Shown here: one piece after another, positions 1 to 6,401 of the stretch
How the letters are laid out: each line of letters opens with the position of its first letter
Position numbering within the stretch: position 1 is the stretch's first letter
Assembly (NCBI GenBank): GCA_008932965.1
Contig: WBXG01000052.1
Coordinates: 1 to 12,427, forward strand
Reading direction: 5' to 3'
Source of the DNA: Verrucomicrobiota bacterium
Lineage (GTDB): Bacteria > Verrucomicrobiota > Verrucomicrobiia > Chthoniobacterales > UBA6821
DNA: 12,427 bases
The notes under the pieces: model-generated
Databases searched by the model: none
What the model saw: only the letters and a program-made list of their open reading frames with translations
Told to the model about the DNA's origin: nothing
Made by a program: the position numbers and the translations under genes

Positions 1-1045
1 CTGAGGCAAAGGTTACGGCTTCTCTTCGATATGTTTCATCAGCAATGACAATATAAATTTGACAAGGATTGTGAGCAGAAAGGTATTCCTTTTCCTGGAG
101 CGCAGCTTGAGGAACGCTTTTTAAAAATTCAAGTAATACAGCATCACCCATGCCGAAGCCGACCGCCGGTTCGTTTGCAGCTCCATCACTGAGATGATGA
201 ATGAGGCTGTCATAACGCCCTCCTCCAGCGATCGCCCGTAAGCCTCCCTTCAAAGGAAAGGCTTCAAAAACAATTCCGGTGTAATAGGCGAGCCCTCGCA
301 CAATAGAGAGATCTGGTTGTACATACTCACGCACACCTCGTATGGAAAGTTCTTCTAATAATGGAGCTAAAGCAGAGCCCTCGGGATTGTTCATAAACTC
401 TTGGAGTATGCCTAAGGAAAGTTGGGAGGAACATGCAGCTAATTTCTCCTTGGTCGTCTCCTCGCTCTCACGCTCCATTTTATCAATAATATTAAGTAAC
501 TCCGTCATTTTTTCATTAGGAATTTCGTGTTGCTCGAGAAAATGCTGCCATACTAAGCGATCGCTTAGCCGAATCACAAAATCATTGGGACCAAAGCCAA
601 AACTTTTCAGTAGCTCTATAAGTAGGGTGATCACTTCAGCATCTGCTGAAGAAGATCTCTTTCCAAGAAGATCGCAGTTGAGCTGTAAAAATTCTCTTAA
701 ACGTCCGCGTTGTTGCCGTTCATAACGAAAACAATTTCCAATGCTAAACCATCGAAGGGGTTTTAAAAAAGAACGATGATGCGTACCTGCAATTCGGGCT
801 AACGTGGGAGTCATCTCTGGACGCAACGCTACAGGACGTTCCCCACGATCTGTAAATTGGTAAAGTTGAGTGAGGATTTCACCACCACTATTTTTCTTTT
901 CATAAAGCTCCGCTGACTCAAGCGTCGGCCCATCAAATTCAACAAAACCAAAACGACCTGCTAGAGCCCGCCATTGTGAAGTAATATAATTTCGTCTTGC
1001 AACGTCATCAGGTAAAAGATCGCGAAATCCGGGAAGTGGTTTCAT
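1..1045 (-). CDS. hisS: Histidine--tRNA ligase, N-terminal ~348 codons; 3' end lies beyond the window start
   Basis: The reverse strand is open from the ATG (rc of 1043-1045) to position 1: MKPLPGFRDLLPDDVARRNYITSQWRALAGRFGFVEFDGPTLES... HisRS/class II motifs are present: FRYERQQRGRLREF, DLSIVRGLAYYTGIVFEAF, AIAGGGRYD, AVGFGMGD. It is missing from the ORF track because it has no in-window stop. Confidence 0.9.
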   Translation of the reverse strand, partial: MKPLPGFRDLLPDDVARRNYITSQWRALAGRFGFVEFDGPTLESAELYEKKNSGGEILTQLYQFTDRGERPVALRPEMTPTLARIAGTHHRSFLKPLRWFSIGNCFRYERQQRGRLREFLQLNCDLLGKRSSSADAEVITLLIELLKSFGFGPNDFVIRLSDRLVWQHFLEQHEIPNEKMTELLNIIDKMERESEETTKEKLAACSSQLSLGILQEFMNNPEGSALAPLLEELSIRGVREYVQPDLSIVRGLAYYTGIVFEAFPLKGGLRAIAGGGRYDSLIHHLSDGAANEPAVGFGMGDAVLLEFLKSVPQAALQEKEYLSAHNPCQIYIVIADETYRREAVTFAS

Positions 1046-1140
1046 AGAAAAATGAGGCTATGATGACATAGCTAAAAAGTAAAGAAGGCAGGGGGGTATC
1101 ATCAATAGAATAAAAATCTCACGAATTCTCTTGAACCTCA

Positions 1141-1150
1141 TGTCATGACA
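1141..1150. promoter_or_regulatory. Perfect 10-bp palindrome TGTCATGACA in the hisS / dksA-like divergent intergenic region; candidate operator
   Basis: TGTCATGACA is its own reverse complement. It lies just after a TTGAAC (1131-1136) -35-like hexamer, about 50 bp upstream of the 1198 start. A second inverted repeat, GCTATG-atga-CATAGC, sits at 1057-1072. Confidence 0.25.
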
Positions 1151-1197
1151 CAGTAACACCTACCTTCACATTTATTTTAAAAAGATTACCCTAGGCT

Positions 1198-2055
1198 ATG
1201 AATAAGAAAAAAACTTCTTCAAAAAAGATTGCTCCTAAAACTGCCAAGCCAGCTAAAAAGGCTTTGACGGAGGTTCTTTCTAAAAAGAAAGTAGTAAAAA
1301 AAATTACAAGCATCCCCTCGAAAGCAACAGTGATTTCCAAAAAACCCAGTCATGTTGCACCTAAGAAAAGCAGCCCCAAAAAAACTGTATTAAAAAAACC
1401 TCTTCCCAAGGCTGAAAAAAAAGTTGCTATAAAAACTTCACCAAAGCAACCCACGATTAATACAATCAAGAAGCCGGTAGCATCGCCCTCTAGTAAGAAC
1501 AAGCAAAAAATGCCTTCTGTTCCTGCTCATCAAATGAATCGTGGTGCTTTGCAGCAAACTTTTGTTACTCGCCCGCTCAAACAAAGTAATAAAAAGTTAG
1601 ATCCTTTTTTAACAAAGCAGAAACAGCGTCTTCTTCATCTTAAGGATATGCTCCTTGATTCCATGAGTGGAGTTGCTCGTGGAAATTTGCGCTCCGGCTG
1701 CGATGCTTCTGGGTTTGGAATGCACCAAGCTGATGCTGGAAGCGATGCCTATGATCGAGATTTTGCCTTGAGTATTCTTTCTCAAGAACAAAATTCACTT
1801 TATGAGATTGACGAAGCGCTTAAACGCATCGATGATGGCACCTACGGAATTTGCGAAATTTCTAATAAGCCAATTCTCCATGCTCGTCTTGAAGCTCGAC
1901 CTTTTACTCGTTACACCGTAGAGTGCCAGGCTGATCTTGAAAAACGTCAGCATGTTTCAGGCACTCGTGTTCCCGTAAGCGCCCTGTTTGGTATTACCGA
2001 AGAGGAGAGCGACGTCGAAGAAGAAGAGAGCTTCAATGACAATTCCAAAGATTAA
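1198..2055 (+). CDS. DksA/TraR-family RNA polymerase-binding regulator with a ~110-aa Lys/Pro/Ser-rich N-terminal extension and a degenerate zinc finger
   Basis: The C-terminal half reads LYEIDEALKRIDDGTYGICEISNKPILHARLEARPFTRYTVECQ, the DksA/TraR signature with CxxS-x17-TxxC in place of CxxC-x17-CxxC. An acidic coiled-coil segment (DAGSDAYDRDFALS) lies upstream. The N-terminus is KK/SPKK-rich. Confidence 0.8.
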   Translation: MNKKKTSSKKIAPKTAKPAKKALTEVLSKKKVVKKITSIPSKATVISKKPSHVAPKKSSPKKTVLKKPLPKAEKKVAIKTSPKQPTINTIKKPVASPSSKNKQKMPSVPAHQMNRGALQQTFVTRPLKQSNKKLDPFLTKQKQRLLHLKDMLLDSMSGVARGNLRSGCDASGFGMHQADAGSDAYDRDFALSILSQEQNSLYEIDEALKRIDDGTYGICEISNKPILHARLEARPFTRYTVECQADLEKRQHVSGTRVPVSALFGITEEESDVEEEESFNDNSKD

Positions 2056-2102
2056 ACAACCCCCCTCAGACTTCATCACGATTTAAATTTTAAAGTTCTA
2101 TT

Positions 2103-2276
2103 ATGGCTCGAGATATCATCACTCTAGAATGTACCGAGGCAACTGCCGAAGGAAAACCTGTGTCCCGTTATACGACGACACGTAATAAAAAAAGCCTGAA
2201 TACACCTGGCCGACTGGAAAAGAAAAAGTATAATCCTAATCTGCGTCGTCACACCCTCCACAGAGAGACTAAGTAA
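2103..2276 (+). CDS. rpmG: 50S ribosomal protein L33 (57 aa; too short for the ORF track)
   Basis: Manual translation gives [57 protein letters not shown]. The L33 pattern Y-TTT-(R/K)N-K...LE-KKY-P...H-L-H-E-K is present. Its TAA abuts the next ATG (TAAATG at 2274-2279). Confidence 0.9.
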   Translation: MARDIITLECTEATAEGKPVSRYTTTRNKKSLNTPGRLEKKKYNPNLRRHTLHRETK

Positions 2277-2522
2277 ATGCATACTCAGCCTAAAACACCC
2301 AAACGTCGTTCCAACTTCCGTCGAGCTAACCGCTCGATGCCTCATCGTCGCATTGATATCTCCATTGATGCTATTGATTTTAAAAATCCGGATCTTCTCA
2401 AAAAATTTGTGACAGAGCACGGTAAGATTCTTTCTCGCCGTACCACTGGTGTTGCAGCACATCTCCACCGTAAAATTACGCGTGAGATTAAACGCTCTCG
2501 CGCGGCGCTTTTGATGCCCTAG
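2277..2522 (+). CDS. rpsR: 30S ribosomal protein S18
   Basis: IDFKNPDLLKKFVTEHGKILSRRTTGVAAHLHRKITREIKRSRAALLMP matches the S18 core (IDYKD..L..F..e.GKI..rR.TG....QR.l..AIKrAR.lALLP). Confidence 0.9.
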   Translation: MHTQPKTPKRRSNFRRANRSMPHRRIDISIDAIDFKNPDLLKKFVTEHGKILSRRTTGVAAHLHRKITREIKRSRAALLMP

Positions 2523-2669
2523 TGCATCTTTAAAAGAGTTGTAGCTGCTATAGTTGACAAAAACGAGAATAACGAGAATACAGCTTGTCGGTAAGTTGGC
2601 ATGAAATGCTTGCCGAAGGAAAGTGATCTTCACTCGGATGTTGTATTGTTTCGAATTCTTCCGTTGGTG

Positions 2670-2771
2670 GAGTGCGCACACATTCCTTGGTCGTCAGACT
2701 TCAAGCTCAACGCAGCATTCACTCTTGCTTCCAGACTTCCGCAGGCGATCGGTATGAAATATGCAGGTTAA
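2670..2771 (+). repeat. Solo long-arm copy of the MITE-like repeat family (right-end orientation)
   Basis: 2696-2768 (agacttcaagctcaacgcag...gcgatcggtatgaaatatgcaggt) aligns with 4330-4401 at roughly three-quarters identity by eye. It ends ATGAAATATGCAGGT|TA. Weaker homology extends back to about 2670 (gagtgcgcacac vs gagtttgtacac at 4308-4319). Confidence 0.7.
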
Positions 2772-2815
2772 TTCAACTATTTCTTACTAATGTGTTGCTA
2801 AACTAGACGAAGGAC

Positions 2816-3319
2816 TCACAACGATTCTTGAGATAGCTCTATGGGTGGTGCCTTGGGACGAAATTCTTGGTGGCGAATGAGGCCACCTGCCTCTGCCGTC
2901 CAAATTGAGAGGAGAATAGATATGATGTTACCCAGAATGACTGCAGAGGCCAACCATCTAGCTGATTTAGGGAACTTGATCATGGCCAGAAGAGCAACGA
3001 GAGAAAGCAACGCAGTGGCATAAACTACAGGGGTTGTTTTTTTAGCACAGCCTCCATGGATATGGAGTGCATTTTTTCCTGCTTCATCCAAAGATGGTAG
3101 AAAAATGCCTTCTTTTAATTGACGTGCTGCTAGATGGCCCGTTTTCATGATAGCAGGCATTGCTGCTGCACAAAGCAGTGTTGCAAGCAGTCCTGTAGCA
3201 ATGGTTGTTCTGCATTGAGTAATAATTCCTATGAGGATAGGAAAGGTAGCCGCGGCAAGACCGATGATAGGAATGTGATTGAGGGCGACATGGAGGTGAG
3301 CAGGGCTAAGGTCGAGCAT
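2816..3319 (-). CDS. Hypothetical 4-TM integral membrane protein with N-terminal His motif (paralog 1)
   Basis: 167-aa ORF with four hydrophobic spans. N-terminal motif PAHLHVALNHIPIIGL and C-terminal GGLIRHQEFRP are shared with the 3543-4181 ORF. The HxxxLxHxPI pattern recalls DUF2231-type proteins; this is from memory and needs an HMM check. Confidence 0.75.
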   Translation of the reverse strand: MLDLSPAHLHVALNHIPIIGLAAATFPILIGIITQCRTTIATGLLATLLCAAAMPAIMKTGHLAARQLKEGIFLPSLDEAGKNALHIHGGCAKKTTPVVYATALLSLVALLAMIKFPKSARWLASAVILGNIISILLSIWTAEAGGLIRHQEFRPKAPPIELSQESL

Positions 3320-3542
3320 AAAAATGAGTGATTATCGAAAACAATAAGTAGACCGATATTCTAAAAATGGGGATGGAAATAGAAAACCTCTGACATTGCT
3401 GGCATTACCTTTTTGCATCACCCTCAGTATACAAAAGTTACTTTGCTGATTTACATAAAACTTTTTCTAAGACCAAGTACCTCTTCTTTCTTATTTCTAT
3501 AGACGTTTTTTGTTCAACAATTTTTTTTTGAAAAAGAGGGAT

Positions 3543-4181
3543 CTACTTTTGTTGTGCTGCTGATGGCTCTGGCTTCTCCTGGGGCGTGACAAGTGTAGTT
3601 GGCGTAACGGATGGTGTCGGCACAGGGGAATTTGTAGGAGGAGCCGCTAGAATATTATTACTTGGGGATAGCTCCATCGATGGTGCCTTAGGGCGAAATT
3701 CTTGGTGACGAATGAGTCCACCAGCTTGTGCTGTCCAGATGGAGAGGAGAATAGAAATTCCATTACCCAGGAGCACCGCAAAGGCAAGCCATCTTGCTGC
3801 TTGAGGAAATTTGATCAGTGCTAGCAGAGCAAGTACCGAAAGTAAGGCGCTTGCATAAACCACAGGAGTAGTCGTCTCTGCACGGCTAGCATGGTTGTTT
3901 AAAGCATTTTTTCCTGCTTCATCAAGCGGGGGTAAACAAGAGCCGTTATCGAATGCATCAGCAGCTTTTCCACCAGTTTGCATGATAGCGGGCATTGCTG
4001 CTGCACAGAGGAGTGTTGCAAGAAGTCCTGTTGCTATTGTTGTTCTACATTGAGCAACAATTCCTATGAGGATGGGAAAGCTAGCTACTGCAAGACCAAT
4101 GATTGGAATGTGATTCAGGGCGACGTGAAGATGAGCAGGGCTAAGGTCGAGCATAGGAGTATATGTAAAAAGAACATTCAT
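3543..4181 (-). CDS. Hypothetical 4-TM integral membrane protein (paralog 2) with Pro/Thr-rich C-terminal tail; true start may be the ATG at 4154
   Basis: From Met10 (MLDLSPAHLHVALNHIPIIG...) it aligns with paralog 1 from that protein's first residue. 53 of the first 58 residues are identical. It carries an extra tail, SPSNNILAAPPTNSPVPTPSVTPTTLVTPQEKPEPSAAQQK. Confidence 0.75.
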   Translation of the reverse strand: MNVLFTYTPMLDLSPAHLHVALNHIPIIGLAVASFPILIGIVAQCRTTIATGLLATLLCAAAMPAIMQTGGKAADAFDNGSCLPPLDEAGKNALNNHASRAETTTPVVYASALLSVLALLALIKFPQAARWLAFAVLLGNGISILLSIWTAQAGGLIRHQEFRPKAPSMELSPSNNILAAPPTNSPVPTPSVTPTTLVTPQEKPEPSAAQQK

Positions 4182-4222
4182 TTTCTATGACATAAGAACT
4201 GAAGAGTAAAGAAGAACGAGTG

Positions 4223-4404
4223 CTAGCCCTGATATTTCATAATGATTGTGACGAGGAGGCAGCGAAGGCTGATGGGGCAAGGCGAGCGATGAAGTCGACA
4301 ATATATGAGTTTGTACACTTGCCCGAGGAAAACTTCGAGATCAACGCAGTATCTATCTGGTTCCGTGGCTTGCGCAGGTGATCGGAATGAAATATGCGGG
4401 CTAG
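4223..4404. mobile_element. Full-length non-autonomous inverted-repeat element (MITE-like), about 176 bp between flanking TA dinucleotides
   Basis: Left end is TA|GCCCTGATATTTCAT (4224-4240); right end is ATGAAATATGCGGGC|TA (4387-4403). The 15-bp termini are complementary at 13/15. It has no coding capacity for a transposase. Its arms recur at 2670-2771, 9055-9287 and 9826-9924. Confidence 0.65.
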
Positions 4405-4485
4405 GTTGAAAAGCAATATTGTCGTTTGTATCTTGGAGCAAAGTGCAAGAGCATTTGCCAAGCGGATGATCATGGATTATAGTAT

Positions 4486-4504
4486 TCATTCATTATTTGA
4501 ATGA
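4486..4504. promoter_or_regulatory. 7-bp inverted repeat TCATTCA-N5-TGAATGA, 50-67 bp upstream of mcsA; candidate operator or promoter element
   Basis: The inverted repeat is perfect when read directly. It overlaps a TTGAAT hexamer (4497-4502) that is followed by an A/T-rich stretch. The related string TTCATTCAT(T)ATTT recurs upstream of the AsnC gene. Confidence 0.3.
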
Positions 4505-4552
4505 TGGATTTTTTTAAAAATAGCTACCAACCACGAACTAGCTTGTACTCCC

Positions 4553-5179
4553 ATGTTTTGTGACGTTTGTAACACGAAGGAAGCAACAGTCTTTCTAACT
4601 CAAATGATTGAGGGAAATGTTCAGAAGCTCAATCTTTGTGAATCATGTTCCAAGCTTCAAGGAGTTCATGATCCAATGGGATTTGCCCTTGCTGATATGC
4701 TCTTAGGGCTTGGTGCTGCTCAAGAAATTGAAAAAACTTCTATTTCATGCCCTGTTTGTGGCTTTTCTCAACGCGATTTTAAAAAACGAGGGCGCCTTGG
4801 GTGCGGGGCTTGTTATGATACCTTTACTGAGGGGCTGTCAGTGATGCTTCGTAATATGCATCGCGGAATGGTCCATACTGGAAAAGTACCAATAAAAATA
4901 GCAGCTGCCTATAAACGGGCTTCTGAACTCGAGAAACTCAAAAAATTATTAACCAGTGCAATCCAAAAAGAAGAGTATGAAGAGGCGGGAGCTTATCGTG
5001 ATCTCATTCAAAAGATAGAATCAGGCGAGGGAGACCATGAAAAGAGTAATGATACTTGCCAAAAAATAATTCAAGAGATGTTGCCCTTAGAGGATTTTTC
5101 CAAAACAACAGTCGAGAAATTTTCTATAAAACCTCTCAAGCTTCCTCCTCCCGAATCTAGTGAGGATTTTCTACTATGA
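4553..5179 (+). CDS. mcsA: McsA-like activator of protein arginine kinase (zinc-finger plus UVR domain protein)
   Basis: N-terminal CxxC pairs are present (CDVC...CESC; CPVC...CGAC). A UVR-like helix follows (LEKLKKLLTSAIQKEEYEEAGAYRDLIQKIE). The stop overlaps the mcsB start (ATGA at 5176-5179). Confidence 0.85.
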   Translation: MFCDVCNTKEATVFLTQMIEGNVQKLNLCESCSKLQGVHDPMGFALADMLLGLGAAQEIEKTSISCPVCGFSQRDFKKRGRLGCGACYDTFTEGLSVMLRNMHRGMVHTGKVPIKIAAAYKRASELEKLKKLLTSAIQKEEYEEAGAYRDLIQKIESGEGDHEKSNDTCQKIIQEMLPLEDFSKTTVEKFSIKPLKLPPPESSEDFLL

Positions 5180-6255
5180 ACCTTTCTGATTTTTTTGCTC
5201 AGACGAGTGAATTGCTCTCACATCCAGGACCTCATTCTCAAATTGTGGTGAGCAGTCGTGTTCGCCTAGCTCGCAATCTTGATAAAAAGCCTTTTCCAGG
5301 GTGGGCTAAAAAGCCAGAGCGGATTGCACTCATGGAGGAGATGAAAAGTGCTGTCGACTTTCTTCCTCAAATGGTCTCTGCATTTTCTGAAAGAATGGAG
5401 AATTTAACGTTACTTGATAAGCAGGTTTTAGTGGAGCGACATTTAATTAGCTGTGAGCATGCTCAAAAATCGGTCGGAAGTGCCATTGTTGTCAATCCAA
5501 GTCAAACGCTGAGTGTGATGATTAACGAAGAAGATCATCTTCGCATTCAGGCCATTCTTCCTGGCTTCGAATTAAAACAAGCATTCTCCATTATTGCTCA
5601 AATTGATACAGGACTAGAGGAACATCTTCCTTTTGCATTTCATCCCAAGCTCGGATACCTGACAGCATGCCCAAGTAATGTGGGTACAGGGATGCGTGTT
5701 TCAGCAATGCTCCATCTGCCTGGTCTCGTGCTCCTAGAGCACATGAATAAAATTATTAACTCTGTCAATAAAATGGGCCTTGTCGTGCGAGGTCTTCATG
5801 GAGAGGGAACTGATGCCATTGGCAATCTTTTTCAAATTTCCAACCAAATTACCCTTGGAGAAAAAGAAGAAGATATTATTGAACGGCTTCATGTTGTCAT
5901 TCAGCAGATTTTTCATCATGAAACCAATGCCCGAACAATTCTCCTAAAACAACAGTCAGAAACGCTGAAAGACCAAATTGGAAGAGCTTATGGGATTTTA
6001 AATCATGCTTATTCTATAACAACAAAAGAGTCATTAAATCTTCTCTCCCTGATAAAATTAGGGGTGGATTTAAATTTATTTCCTCGGGAGGTCAGCTATC
6101 CCATTGACTCTCTTTTTATGGAAGCCCAGCCAGCACATTTGCAAAAAAGCGCTCAGCTCTTAAAGATGACCTCTCAAGAACGCGATTCCTTACGTGCAAC
6201 GATCATTCGAGATAAGTTAAATAAGATCCCAGAGCCACTATTGCTTAAGGAGTGA
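5176..6255 (+). CDS. mcsB: Protein arginine kinase McsB (ATP:guanido phosphotransferase family)
   Basis: Contains the guanido kinase active-site signature CPSNVGTGMRVS, plus SSRVRLARNL and EEDHLRIQ blocks. A GAGGA lies 9 nt upstream of the start. It appears translationally coupled to mcsA. Confidence 0.9.
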   Translation: MNLSDFFAQTSELLSHPGPHSQIVVSSRVRLARNLDKKPFPGWAKKPERIALMEEMKSAVDFLPQMVSAFSERMENLTLLDKQVLVERHLISCEHAQKSVGSAIVVNPSQTLSVMINEEDHLRIQAILPGFELKQAFSIIAQIDTGLEEHLPFAFHPKLGYLTACPSNVGTGMRVSAMLHLPGLVLLEHMNKIINSVNKMGLVVRGLHGEGTDAIGNLFQISNQITLGEKEEDIIERLHVVIQQIFHHETNARTILLKQQSETLKDQIGRAYGILNHAYSITTKESLNLLSLIKLGVDLNLFPREVSYPIDSLFMEAQPAHLQKSAQLLKMTSQERDSLRATIIRDKLNKIPEPLLLKE

Positions 6256-6401
6256 GCTATTGAATTCGGAAATTTTCAAAAAAATATTCGAGCTAATTAC
6301 GAATTGCGAAGGTGCTAATCATGGTGTAGGTTTCAGTACTACGTTTAGTGAGGCACAAAAAATTAAAATAAATACCTATTACGAACTGCTAACTAATTTC
6401 T

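Noticed and set aside
342-725. 127-aa plus-strand ORF
   Set aside because: It lies entirely antisense to the strongly supported hisS reading frame. Its Ser/Cys/Arg-rich, low-complexity translation has no recognisable motifs.
2124-2681. 185-aa minus-strand ORF
   Set aside because: It is antisense to rpmG and rpsR, whose translations carry clear ribosomal-protein signatures, so it is a shadow ORF.
3320-3542. Possible terminator or promoter structure between the two membrane paralogs
   Set aside because: Only A/T homopolymer runs are present. I could find no convincing GC-rich hairpin or -35/-10 pair on the minus strand.
2841-4190. Plus-strand ORFs 2841-3023, 3134-3331 and 3978-4190 with Cys-rich translations
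   Set aside because: They are antisense shadows of the two membrane-protein genes. The similarity between 3134-3331 and 3978-4190 only reflects the paralogy on the other strand.
4223-4489. Minus-strand ORFs of 88 and 78 aa (4223-4489, 4237-4473), and the plus-strand 60-aa ORF at 9045-9227
   Set aside because: They are made almost entirely of MITE-like repeat sequence and run through both terminal inverted repeats. Equivalent frames are not preserved between the 4223-4404 and 9055-9241 copies.
4405-4552. Search for a CtsR operator (GGTCAAA heptad repeat) or CIRCE element upstream of mcsA
   Set aside because: Neither GGTCAAA/TTTGACC nor TTAGCACTC-N9-GAGTGCTAA is present. Only the unrelated TCATTCA-N5-TGAATGA inverted repeat was found.
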